A stretch of 39,800 bases of DNA from a virus. This document shows, piece by piece, positions 23,201 through 31,960 of the stretch. The first letter of the stretch is position 1; each line of letters begins with the position of its first letter. Where the stretch lies: IMG/VR virus record IMGVR_UViG_3300045988_118922, positions 1 through 39,800 of that record; one strand, 5' to 3'. The notes under the pieces are model-generated. The model was not told the DNA's origin. It did no database searches and was given only the letters and a program-made list of their open reading frames with translations. The translations under genes were made by a program, and so were the position numbers.

Positions 23201-26200
23201 TTGATACCAAGAATTTATGATAACAGTTTTACAACATACGAAAGCAATGGATTAGGTTTATTGGTAGATGCTATATCTTGCCAAGTTGAAGAAGAGTCTA
23301 ATGGAGATTTTGAGTTGACACTCGTATATCCATCTGATGGCTCTTTTTTTTATGCATTAAAACAAGATAACCTTATAAAAGCTGATGCATCTGACAGCTT
23401 AAAAAGGCAACTTTTTAGAATAGATACTATAAGCAAACCTCTAAATGGTCAAGTGGCAGTGTATGCAAAACATATTTCATTTGATTTAGCTAAAAACTCT
23501 TTAAATGAGGATGTAGCTGAAGAAAATATAAAATGTGAAAATGCTGGTAAACATATGCTTCAAAAGTCCGATGCTGATAGTAGATTTTCTATTGAAAGTA
23601 ATATAGAGATGCTTGGTAACTATAGCATGGATAGAAAAACAGATTGTTTATCTGCTATAGCTGGGACAAGAGGTTCACTTATAGATACATTTGGTAATGG
23701 ACCTAAGCTTCTTAGAGATAATTTTACAATAAAAGTGCTTACTAGAAGAGGAAAAGACAACAATGTACTTATAGCTTACAAGAAGAATATAACAGGATTT
23801 ACTTTAGAAGAAGATTATACAGAAATAATTAATATTATAAAACCTTATGCTACTTATACAGAAGATGAAGTTGAAAAGACTCTATACCTTGATGAAATAG
23901 GAGTAAAATCACCTAGATATGTAGAAGGTGATATAGTAAAAAGTCGATGGATGGATTTTTCAGACAAATTTGATGAAGATGAAACGCCAACGAAGGAAAA
24001 ACTAAAAAATCTAGCTGAAAAATATTTCAGCGACAATAGCTGCGACCTTCCTAAAATGACTTATAAAATTGAATTTCAACCACTTAGTCAAACGGAGGAA
24101 TATAAGGAAGATGGATTAGATGAGTTAGAGCGTATAGGTATGGATGATAGTGTCTATATTAATAATTCTAAATATAGTATAAGAGACCAAGCGAAAGTGA
24201 TTAAGACAACTTATAACGTATTAGCAGAAAAATATATATCTATAGAATTAGGTGATCCAAAGACAACATTAGGAAGTATTGTAAATAAATCTAATAACGA
24301 CACTGTAACGAAAGATGATGTTAAAGATATTGTAGATAAAACAAATAAAAAAGATTATCCTAATACATTACCAGCAGTACCAATTGTTACTATAGATAGA
24401 GCTGGATTTAAGACGATATCATTAAGTTGGACTTTTGATAATAAGCCTTATTATTCTTATCAAGTTTATGCTAGTCAAGAACAAGGATTTACACCCAATG
24501 TATTTGACTTGATTTATGAAGGAAAAGGAAGTGCTTTTCTTCATGAAGTAGAATGTTCACAAACTTGGTACTACAGAGTAAGAGCGATTAATACTTATGG
24601 AAATACAACTGATTTTTCAGAAGAGGTAAGCGCAACAACTACAAAAATAAGTGATGCTGCAGAATACTTTCAAGAAGCAGCAATAGAAAGCGCTCTTATA
24701 GGTTCGCTTAATGCAGACAAAATAAACGCTGGCAAACTTAAAGGTACTTTCATAGATGCAAGACAATTAACAGTGACAGATGGAAACGGAAACGTTACTT
24801 TTTCAATAGATAGTGCAGGTAATGTAAATATTCGAGCAACAGAATTTAGTCTAGAAGGCAAAACTATTAATTCTTATATTAACGATGTAACTACTGATAT
24901 AACTGAACAGAAAGAAAGAATAGATGAAATACTTGAAGATGGTACATTAATACCTTCTGAAAAAAGGCAATTACAAATAATTTTAGATGATATAGTAGAA
25001 GAATATGCTGAAATCACAGCAAATGCCTTAAAGTACAATATAGCTTACAATGATTTTCAAACTGCATATAATGCTTTATATAATTACTTAACTGTAGATT
25101 GCAAAATAAACGACATTGAAATTACAACAAATGTGTATCAAGATACTTTGAAAAATTATTTTGAAAATTATTATACAAAAAGAGGAAATATAAACAATTT
25201 AATAAATGATGAAATAAATAGTAATATTGACGATAAATTAAGCAGTTCAGATTCTGAAGCAGTATTTAATGCTCTTACTAAAAATGGAACAATACAAGGG
25301 TTATATATGCAAGATGGAAAACTTTATTTTAACGGTCAATATATTAATGCTAAAAATTTAAAAGTAATAGATTCAAAAGGAAATACTACTTTCTATATAG
25401 ATTCAAATGGGAATGTAACAATTAATGCAACAGACTTTAGCTTAGAAGGTAAGACTATAGATGACTATGTAAACTCTCATGTAGTAGAAGTTACAGGAAT
25501 TACAATGAAAAGAGTATCTATATCTTACTATATTTCTACTTCGCCTACTCAGTTATTAGGTGGTAGTTGGTCTACAACAAAACCTACTTGGGTAAGTGGG
25601 AAATATATATGGCAAAAAACAGTAACTACATATTCTGATAATACAACAAGCGAATCAGAACCAGTTTGTATAACAGGACCAAAAGGTGAGCAAGGTACTC
25701 CAGGTGGTAAAGGTGACCAAGGTGTGTCTATTACTAGAGTAAGTAACAGATATGGCAAAAGTACATCTAAAATAGACCCTCCAACAACTTGGTATACAAG
25801 CTATCCAGAATGGGAAAGAGGCTATTACATATGGACTAAATCTATAATCTATTATAGTGATGGTACAACAACAGAAACCACACCTTATGTAGATACTTCC
25901 TGGGAAGGTATGGCAAATCTTGTAGATAATAAAGTTGATAACACACAACAAGCAATATTTAATGCTCTTACAAACAACGGACAAGTACAAGGTATATATT
26001 TACAAAATGGAAAAGTTTATTTAAACGGAGAATATATAAAAACCAATAGTTTAAATGCATCTAATATAACTTTCGATGATTTAACAGGTAAAACTATAAA
26101 AGGCGCTAGATTTTTCACTGCACCTAAAGAAGGTGCAACTGATGGATATTTATTTAGAATTTATTCAGATGGTAGTGTTTATAGTTCTAAAACAATCCAA

Positions 26201-26845
26201 GTATATGGAGAATCTAATGATGGAAGTTATGCTCAATTAACTCCTGGCAAAGTAACTGCGACAGAATATTTACAATCGCCAGGACTTATTACAAGTAACA
26301 ACAGTCTTTATTTTGGGATACAAGGATATACGCCACCAAATGATAACTCAACAAGAATGGTTAAATTGACAAGAGATGCAAATAATGAATATACCTATTT
26401 CATGCCTTGTTATAATCCTACAAGCTCAAGTGGGGGTATAAGATTAGGTTCTACAAGTGGATTTTGGAATGTTGTATATGCAACTAATGGGGTAAAAACA
26501 AGTTCAGATAGAACATTAAAAGAAAATATAGATTATTTAGATGGAAATTCTTCTATTGATTATGATGATTTATATAATTTTATAAAAAATGATTACTCAT
26601 TAGCGACTTATAATTATATAGGAGAAAGCGAAAAAAGACTATCAGCTATAGCTCAGGATATGCTTGTAAATTCTGATGGAACAGATAATAAGGTCGGGCA
26701 ACTAATTACTAATGCAGAAGAAGCATATAAAAATCAAGCAACACTAGCTATAGAGGAAACTCAGTTAGTAAATGTGCTAATTGGAGCACTAAAGAAGACA
26801 ATGGAAAAAGTAGAAGAATTAGAAAATAAGCTAAATAGTAAATAG
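23201..26845 (+). CDS. Tail-associated (Tal) minor structural protein: prophage tail endopeptidase-like N-terminus, FN3 domain, internal repeats, short collagen-like tract and a C-terminal S74 intramolecular chaperone domain
   Basis: N-terminus IYDNSF..YESNGLGLL..A. FN3-like SLSWTF...YYRVRAINTYGN. GPKGEQGTPGGKGDQG. C-terminal TSSDRTLKENIDYL is the autoproteolysis motif. Confidence 0.85.
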   Translation: MIPRIYDNSFTTYESNGLGLLVDAISCQVEEESNGDFELTLVYPSDGSFFYALKQDNLIKADASDSLKRQLFRIDTISKPLNGQVAVYAKHISFDLAKNSLNEDVAEENIKCENAGKHMLQKSDADSRFSIESNIEMLGNYSMDRKTDCLSAIAGTRGSLIDTFGNGPKLLRDNFTIKVLTRRGKDNNVLIAYKKNITGFTLEEDYTEIINIIKPYATYTEDEVEKTLYLDEIGVKSPRYVEGDIVKSRWMDFSDKFDEDETPTKEKLKNLAEKYFSDNSCDLPKMTYKIEFQPLSQTEEYKEDGLDELERIGMDDSVYINNSKYSIRDQAKVIKTTYNVLAEKYISIELGDPKTTLGSIVNKSNNDTVTKDDVKDIVDKTNKKDYPNTLPAVPIVTIDRAGFKTISLSWTFDNKPYYSYQVYASQEQGFTPNVFDLIYEGKGSAFLHEVECSQTWYYRVRAINTYGNTTDFSEEVSATTTKISDAAEYFQEAAIESALIGSLNADKINAGKLKGTFIDARQLTVTDGNGNVTFSIDSAGNVNIRATEFSLEGKTINSYINDVTTDITEQKERIDEILEDGTLIPSEKRQLQIILDDIVEEYAEITANALKYNIAYNDFQTAYNALYNYLTVDCKINDIEITTNVYQDTLKNYFENYYTKRGNINNLINDEINSNIDDKLSSSDSEAVFNALTKNGTIQGLYMQDGKLYFNGQYINAKNLKVIDSKGNTTFYIDSNGNVTINATDFSLEGKTIDDYVNSHVVEVTGITMKRVSISYYISTSPTQLLGGSWSTTKPTWVSGKYIWQKTVTTYSDNTTSESEPVCITGPKGEQGTPGGKGDQGVSITRVSNRYGKSTSKIDPPTTWYTSYPEWERGYYIWTKSIIYYSDGTTTETTPYVDTSWEGMANLVDNKVDNTQQAIFNALTNNGQVQGIYLQNGKVYLNGEYIKTNSLNASNITFDDLTGKTIKGARFFTAPKEGATDGYLFRIYSDGSVYSSKTIQVYGESNDGSYAQLTPGKVTATEYLQSPGLITSNNSLYFGIQGYTPPNDNSTRMVKLTRDANNEYTYFMPCYNPTSSSGGIRLGSTSGFWNVVYATNGVKTSSDRTLKENIDYLDGNSSIDYDDLYNFIKNDYSLATYNYIGESEKRLSAIAQDMLVNSDGTDNKVGQLITNAEEAYKNQATLAIEETQLVNVLIGALKKTMEKVEELENKLNSK

Positions 26846-26860
26846 AAAGGGGATGTTAAC

Positions 26861-28444
26861 TTGATTAAGTATGATTATGAAATAACTGTAAATGGAAATA
26901 CAGCAAAATTAAATAAAGACATACATTTATTTAGAGAAAATAAGAATGTTCATTATTATTTTGCTATAAAAAATGCTTCTTTTAATTTTAAAGGGAGTAC
27001 AGATTTAATCGAAAAAACAAACGCAATAAACGCAGCAGTAACAGTTATAAAACCGAATGGAGTAGAGGTAGCAAATGCTATAGCTCCAGTAGAAAATGGT
27101 AAAATACACCTAAAGGTAACAGAAGATCTAATCGATGAAGAAGTAGAAGTTGGAGATTTTGATTTAGTGTTCGACTTATTTGACGATGTTGACGGAGCAG
27201 TAACAATTCCAAAAGTAGCAGGACAATTCCATGTATTAGAAAGACCATGCACAACTCCCATTTCCGAATTAGCAGTAGCTACAAATACAACAAATGAAGT
27301 AGACTACGCTCTAACAGATTATGCTATAACTACTTATGCAGAGCCTGTAGCATCTACTAATGAAGACGGAACTTTTGCTAAAAAAACATGGCAACCAAAA
27401 GAAAAAATTACAACAGCAGAGTTAAATAGAATAGAAGAAGGTATTTTCAAAAATAGTTCGCAATATAAAGATATTGCGAACAACCAACCAACTGATTTGT
27501 CATTAGATAGTGCTACTAATTTACTTCAACTTGTAAATTCAAAGGGTAGTAAATTAGGCAATGGAATAACACTTCCTATATCAAGTGGTGGGGGTACAAG
27601 CCAGTATTTACATATAAAATATTCAAGTACAGGAGCGCCACAGTTGGCGGGGCAAATGTCAGATACACCAAACGCATATATAGGATTAAGCGTTGATACA
27701 AATGCAGATTCTCCAACAAATCCACGTTCTTATACTTGGTATCAATGGAAGGGCGATAATGGTGCAAAAGGAGATACTGGAGCAACTCCAAATTTACAAA
27801 TAGGAACAGTAACTACACTTGATAGTGGAAGTAATGCAACTGCATCAATTACTGGAACAACTGAAAATCCAGTATTGAATTTAGGTATTCCAAAAGGAGA
27901 CAAGGGAGATACTGGAGCAAGTGGAACTGGTACTGGTGGAGATACTGAGACATGGGAAAAAGTTATTGAAACAACTTTTGGAGAAGAATGTTATGCTTTT
28001 ACTGTAACGCAGGATAAAGATGGCAATCCTTTACAGCTAAAAGAAGGTTTTATTTTTTTAACAGTTAGTCAACCTAAAGATACAGGAAGTAGTTTATCAT
28101 ATGGAATGGGTTTTAGTAATTGGGAAAGTAGTTTTAATGGTAAAACCAATATATATAATATAGGTTTGATGAAAAATTATGAATTTTATAGAGCAGCTTT
28201 TTATTTCAAAGTAATTAATAATTATGTTTTTACTCAATGCTTAGGAAATGTTAGAATTGGTACAACAGCTCCTAAGTATAATGTATTTACTCAACCAAAT
28301 ATATTTAATGCCAATACGGTTTCTAATTTTAGAGTTTTAACAAATAGTTTAGAATATGTAGATAAAATTACCGTAGGATTAGATATGTCAACAACGGGTT
28401 TATTTTCAGCAGATTCTATTATGGAGGTGTGGGCTAAATGTTAG
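26861..28444 (+). CDS. BppU-like baseplate upper protein / receptor-binding fibre with collagen-like tracts
   Basis: N-terminus IKYDYEITVNGNTAKLNKDIHLFRENKNV.YYF is BppU_N-like. GDNGAKGDTGATP and GDKGDTGASGTG tracts, then a unique C-terminal head domain. Confidence 0.7.
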   Translation: MIKYDYEITVNGNTAKLNKDIHLFRENKNVHYYFAIKNASFNFKGSTDLIEKTNAINAAVTVIKPNGVEVANAIAPVENGKIHLKVTEDLIDEEVEVGDFDLVFDLFDDVDGAVTIPKVAGQFHVLERPCTTPISELAVATNTTNEVDYALTDYAITTYAEPVASTNEDGTFAKKTWQPKEKITTAELNRIEEGIFKNSSQYKDIANNQPTDLSLDSATNLLQLVNSKGSKLGNGITLPISSGGGTSQYLHIKYSSTGAPQLAGQMSDTPNAYIGLSVDTNADSPTNPRSYTWYQWKGDNGAKGDTGATPNLQIGTVTTLDSGSNATASITGTTENPVLNLGIPKGDKGDTGASGTGTGGDTETWEKVIETTFGEECYAFTVTQDKDGNPLQLKEGFIFLTVSQPKDTGSSLSYGMGFSNWESSFNGKTNIYNIGLMKNYEFYRAAFYFKVINNYVFTQCLGNVRIGTTAPKYNVFTQPNIFNANTVSNFRVLTNSLEYVDKITVGLDMSTTGLFSADSIMEVWAKC

Positions 28445-28590
28445 TTAAAAGAGTTATAGATGGAAAAGTTATAGAAACAGAATTGACACAAGAAGAAATT
28501 GACGCTCAAAAAAACCAAAATAAACCAGAAGAAATAACAATAGAAGAAAGAGTTAGTGCAATCGAAGAAGTTATTTTAAATTTATTGTAA
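28438..28590 (+). CDS. Small tail-associated protein (XkdW-position), 50 aa
   Basis: Own translation MLVKRVIDGKVIETELTQEEIDAQ.... The ATG overlaps the fibre gene stop. Not in the ORF track. Confidence 0.45.
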   Translation: MLVKRVIDGKVIETELTQEEIDAQKNQNKPEEITIEERVSAIEEVILNLL

Positions 28591-28602
28591 GGAGGTAAAA
28601 TT

Positions 28603-28731
28603 ATGTACAACTTTTTATTAAATATGTGGATTATGAAAAAAGTAAATGAAGAATATTTACAAAAGAGAGTTTCAAAAGGACAAATAACTCAAGATGAATA
28701 TGAAATGATAATTGCTACACCTCAAATATAA
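28603..28731 (+). CDS. xkdX: XkdX family small phage protein, 42 aa
   Basis: MYNFLLNMWIMKKVNEEYLQKRVSKGQITQDEYEMIIATPQI. The V.KG.IT..EY..I motif is the XkdX signature. RBS ggagg upstream. Confidence 0.7.
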   Translation: MYNFLLNMWIMKKVNEEYLQKRVSKGQITQDEYEMIIATPQI

Positions 28732-28734
28732 ATG

Positions 28735-28763
28735 TAGAAAAATACACCCACTTTTATTATAAT
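28735..28763 (+). promoter_or_regulatory. Candidate sigma-A promoter for the acyltransferase moron
   Basis: TAGAAA (28735-28740), 17 nt, TATAAT (28758-28763). Confidence 0.4.
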
Positions 28764-28781
28764 GATAAAAGGGGTGTATAT

Positions 28782-29795
28782 ATGGGAAATAGTGAAATTA
28801 ACTTATTAAGTAAGTATCGAACTCAATTAATGGGTTTAGCTATGCTATTAATATTAATATTCCATACAGGTATTGATGTTAAAAGTGTAAATGTTATAAG
28901 GAGTATAAAAGATATTGGAGATGTGGGTGTAGATATATTTTTATTGTTATCAGGTATAGGTCTATATTTTTCTTATTCAAAAAATAACGATAAAAAATAT
29001 TTTTACAAGAAAAGAGTGCTAAGAATTTTACCTACATTTATTCCTGTTGCAATAGTATGGTATTGTGCATTCACATTAGTATTTAAGGGAAAAATAATTG
29101 ATATTTTTTTAGGTGTAACAACTTTAGGATTTTGGATAAAAGGGAATATAACATGGTGGTTTATATCAGCTATATTAGTTTTATATGTATTTACACCTTT
29201 TTATTTAGATTTTATGAATAAAAATCCTAAAAAAATTACAGTTATTACAAGTTTATTTTTTATTGCTTTAGGATTATTGATAAGATTTACAATGTTAGAT
29301 AATATTTTAGATTATTTATTAATTTTTATATGTAGAATACCAATTTTTATAATAGGTCTTTATATAGGGAATATTATAGTAAATAAAGAAAAAATATCTT
29401 TAAACAGTAAGATAATTTATATTTTTGCTATTGTTAGTTTAATAATTAGTTTACTAATTGTAAATCCAAATATTATTTATATTCCATTTGCTTTAAAATA
29501 TTATGTTTATATTCCACTATCTTTAAGTATCTGTTTATTAGCAACAAAGTTACTAGATAAATTTAGCGATAGTAAATTTAAAATATTAACATTTTTAGGT
29601 ATATATAGTTTAGAAATATACTTATTTCATGAAAAAATATTATGGATTTTATCATTTTCAGAAAGAATAATAGTTATAGATAAATACCATATAGTATTAA
29701 ATATTATTGCATATTTAGTAGCTATGGGAGTAGCATATTTATGGAGTAATATTGTATCAAAAATTATATCAAGAAAACAAACTATTACAGACTAG
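28782..29795 (+). CDS. Acyltransferase family 3 integral membrane O-acyltransferase (lysogenic-conversion candidate)
   Basis: About 10 predicted TM segments. LMGLAMLLILIFHTG...VGVDIFLLLSGIGLYFSY is the AT3 N-terminal signature with the catalytic His. Confidence 0.85.
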   Translation: MGNSEINLLSKYRTQLMGLAMLLILIFHTGIDVKSVNVIRSIKDIGDVGVDIFLLLSGIGLYFSYSKNNDKKYFYKKRVLRILPTFIPVAIVWYCAFTLVFKGKIIDIFLGVTTLGFWIKGNITWWFISAILVLYVFTPFYLDFMNKNPKKITVITSLFFIALGLLIRFTMLDNILDYLLIFICRIPIFIIGLYIGNIIVNKEKISLNSKIIYIFAIVSLIISLLIVNPNIIYIPFALKYYVYIPLSLSICLLATKLLDKFSDSKFKILTFLGIYSLEIYLFHEKILWILSFSERIIVIDKYHIVLNIIAYLVAMGVAYLWSNIVSKIISRKQTITD

Positions 29796-29816
29796 ATTAA
29801 TTTCTAGTCTTTTTAA
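29790..29816 (+). terminator. Rho-independent terminator of the acyltransferase gene
   Basis: GACTAGA / TCTAGTC stem (29790-29796 / 29803-29809), followed by tttttaat. Confidence 0.7.
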
Positions 29817-29989
29817 TATCTGTTTAGTTCGCAATTTAAAAATATTGCGTACCATTTTTCCTATGTAGGAAGAATGGTATTTAAATCATTTTATAGTATA
29901 ATAACTGTAAGGGGGTGAAAAAGATTTAAAATGTGAGAATATAAAAATAAAAAACAACTATATATAATTAAAAAACTAAATCTATTTTT

Positions 29990-30016
29990 GGACTGTAGCA
30001 GTACAGTCCTTTTATT
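29990..30016 (+). terminator. Rho-independent terminator-like hairpin just upstream of xhlA
   Basis: GGACTGT / ACAGTCC stem (29990-29996 / 30003-30009), followed by ttttatt. Confidence 0.6.
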
Positions 30017-30036
30017 ATGCAAGAAAAGAGGTATAA

Positions 30037-30270
30037 ATGAGCGAAGAATTATTAGAACACAAAGTAAAAATTCATGAACAGAGAATTAATAATCATTCAG
30101 AGAGAATAGACAAACTGGAAAACAGACAGGCAGAAATGACAGTAAAATTAGATAATTTATGTAGCACCATAGATAAATTAGCAATAAATTTAAACAAACT
30201 AACTTATGCAATTATAACAGCATTGGTTAGTTTTTTCTTTTATGCAATACAAAATAATTTATTTAATTAA
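30037..30270 (+). CDS. xhlA: XhlA-like (haemolysin XhlA family) lysis-associated membrane protein
   Basis: Coiled N-terminus HEQRINNHSERIDKLENRQAEM...LDNL..TIDKL plus a C-terminal TM segment, located before the holin gene. Confidence 0.75.
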   Translation: MSEELLEHKVKIHEQRINNHSERIDKLENRQAEMTVKLDNLCSTIDKLAINLNKLTYAIITALVSFFFYAIQNNLFN

Positions 30271-30282
30271 TAGGAGGTAGTT

Positions 30283-30540
30283 ATGTTTGATTTAAATTTA
30301 TTAGGTAGCTATTTAGTTTTAGTGGTAGTAGGTATTTGTGTATGTGTAGGATATGTTATAAAAACAAGTTTTAGTTTTATAGATAATAAATACATACCTT
30401 GCATCATGGCACTTTTAGGATGCGCTTTAAACATATGGATAGCTGGATATGTAAGTCCAGAAGTTATATTAGGTGGATTATTTTCAGGACTTGCTTCTGT
30501 TGGCTTACATCAAGCTTTCAAGAACTTGATAGAAAAATAG
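30283..30540 (+). CDS. Holin
   Basis: 85 aa with multiple TM segments and a charged C-terminus (KNLIEK), lying between xhlA and the endolysin gene. Confidence 0.75.
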   Translation: MFDLNLLGSYLVLVVVGICVCVGYVIKTSFSFIDNKYIPCIMALLGCALNIWIAGYVSPEVILGGLFSGLASVGLHQAFKNLIEK

Positions 30541-30638
30541 ATATAAATACTTTATAAGGTAACTGTAAGGTGCTTAGAAAGTCGATAAGAAGGTCGATTT
30601 TTTAAGCATCTTTTATTTTTGGAAAAGGAAGTGTTATT

Positions 30639-31517
30639 ATGAGTAAAAAATATTTAGTAGCTATAGATGCAGGACATGGTATGCATACAGAAGGTAAACA
30701 AAGTGTGCCAATGTCAAAGGATTTGTATATAGATGGTGAACTGGTAAGAAAAAAAGGAAAGATTATAAAAGAAAATGAATGGAATAGAGGTGTAAGTGAA
30801 TACTTATCAGTTGCACTAAAAAGATGTGGTATAGATACAATGTTTACAGCAGATATGACAGGTAAAACAGATATACCACTTTCTACTAGAGCGCATAAAG
30901 CAAATGTAGCAAAAGCAGATTTATTAATATCTAACCATTTTAATGCGATAGGAATCTGTGCTAAATGGCAAACTAAATGTAAAGGTTTATTAGTTTTAAG
31001 AACTAAAAACTGTTCTAGCAATTCAATTAAGCTTGGAAAATTAGCAGTTAAGCATTTAGAAAAAGACGTAGATTATGAGTATAGTTATGGTTTGATGCGA
31101 GATGTAGATATGAGTGGATTTACATTAGCTATACTTAGACAAACAACAATGCCAGCAATATTAATCGAGTATGGTTTTATGGATTATGAAAAAGAAGCTA
31201 AACTTATGCTTGATAAAAAACATCAAGAAAAATGTGCTGAAGCAGTAGCAAAAGCAGTATGTGAATACTTCGGAGTAACTTATATAGCAGAAAAACAAGA
31301 AGAAGCTAATAAAACTAAGTATGTTAGAATATTACAAGATGTAAACATACATAACAAAGCTGATTTTGAAAAAGAAAGTGTAGTAGGCAAAGTTACAGCT
31401 GGTGGAGCTTATACTGTAGTAGAAACTATAAAACGTAGTGGTACAGATATGTATAAGTTAAAATCAGGAGTTTATATTACTGCTAGTCCAAAATATGTAG
31501 AAGTTTTTGAAAGATAA
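30639..31517 (+). CDS. Endolysin: N-acetylmuramoyl-L-alanine amidase (Amidase_3) with a C-terminal SH3-like cell-wall-binding domain
   Basis: VAIDAGHG...SNHFNA...E.GFM motifs. C-terminal YVRILQDVNIHNKADFEKESVVGKV.AGGAYTVVE...MYKLKSGVYI. Confidence 0.9.
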   Translation: MSKKYLVAIDAGHGMHTEGKQSVPMSKDLYIDGELVRKKGKIIKENEWNRGVSEYLSVALKRCGIDTMFTADMTGKTDIPLSTRAHKANVAKADLLISNHFNAIGICAKWQTKCKGLLVLRTKNCSSNSIKLGKLAVKHLEKDVDYEYSYGLMRDVDMSGFTLAILRQTTMPAILIEYGFMDYEKEAKLMLDKKHQEKCAEAVAKAVCEYFGVTYIAEKQEEANKTKYVRILQDVNIHNKADFEKESVVGKVTAGGAYTVVETIKRSGTDMYKLKSGVYITASPKYVEVFER

Positions 31518-31568
31518 TGTATAAAAATTCCAAATAAGACCGATACTTCCAATAAGGAGGTGTCGGCG

Positions 31569-31652
31569 GTGAAAAATCTAGTACTAGAAATAGCAGGTCG
31601 TATTGCATACTTAGGCATTGGAGTAGCAAGTGCTATATTAATAATGATGTAG
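31569..31652 (+). CDS. Possible 27-aa single-TM mini-protein downstream of the endolysin (VKNLVLEIAGRIAYLGIGVASAILIMM)
   Basis: GTG start 7 nt after a strong RBS aaggagg, followed by a terminator hairpin. Not in the ORF track. Confidence 0.3.
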   Translation: MKNLVLEIAGRIAYLGIGVASAILIMM

Positions 31653-31663
31653 TATAATAAATA

Positions 31664-31690
31664 AGGCTGGAGAAATGAATTCTCTAGCCT
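31664..31690 (+). terminator. Terminator hairpin closing the lysis cassette
   Basis: 10-bp stem AGGCTGGAGA / TCTCTAGCCT (one G.U pair) with a 7-nt loop. The T tract is weak. Confidence 0.5.
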
Positions 31691-31724
31691 TTAATGTGTT
31701 ATAATAAAAATGTGGATAAGTTAA

Positions 31725-31960
31725 TTTTACTGACATTTTTACTGACATTTTAATTTAAAATTTTGCTAAAACGTTGATATTACTAATACTATAAGTTTAA
31801 TATAATATAGTTACTAGATATATTAAATATGATTTATTAGTGTTTAAATCGGTTTATAATGTTTAAATATCAGCGTTTTTGATTTATTTATTTTTAAATA
31901 ACTTACTGACAATTTACTGACCAGTTGAATTTTACTGATAAAACTGACAATTTACTGACT
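31725..31960. repeat. attP region: seven TTACTGAC-type direct repeats (candidate integrase arm-type sites) flanking an AT-rich core of about 150 bp
   Basis: Copies at 31727-31734 and 31739-31746 (distal arm). Copies at 31903-31910, 31914-31921, 31932-31939 (TTACTGAT), 31943-31948 (ACTGAC) and 31952-31959 (proximal arm; the last overlaps the int stop). Confidence 0.65.

Noticed and set aside
24780-25480. Repeated tail-protein segments as template and variable repeats of a diversity-generating retroelement.
   Set aside because: There is no reverse transcriptase anywhere in the genome. Differences between the copies are spread over all base types rather than being adenine-specific, and both copies lie inside the same coding sequence.
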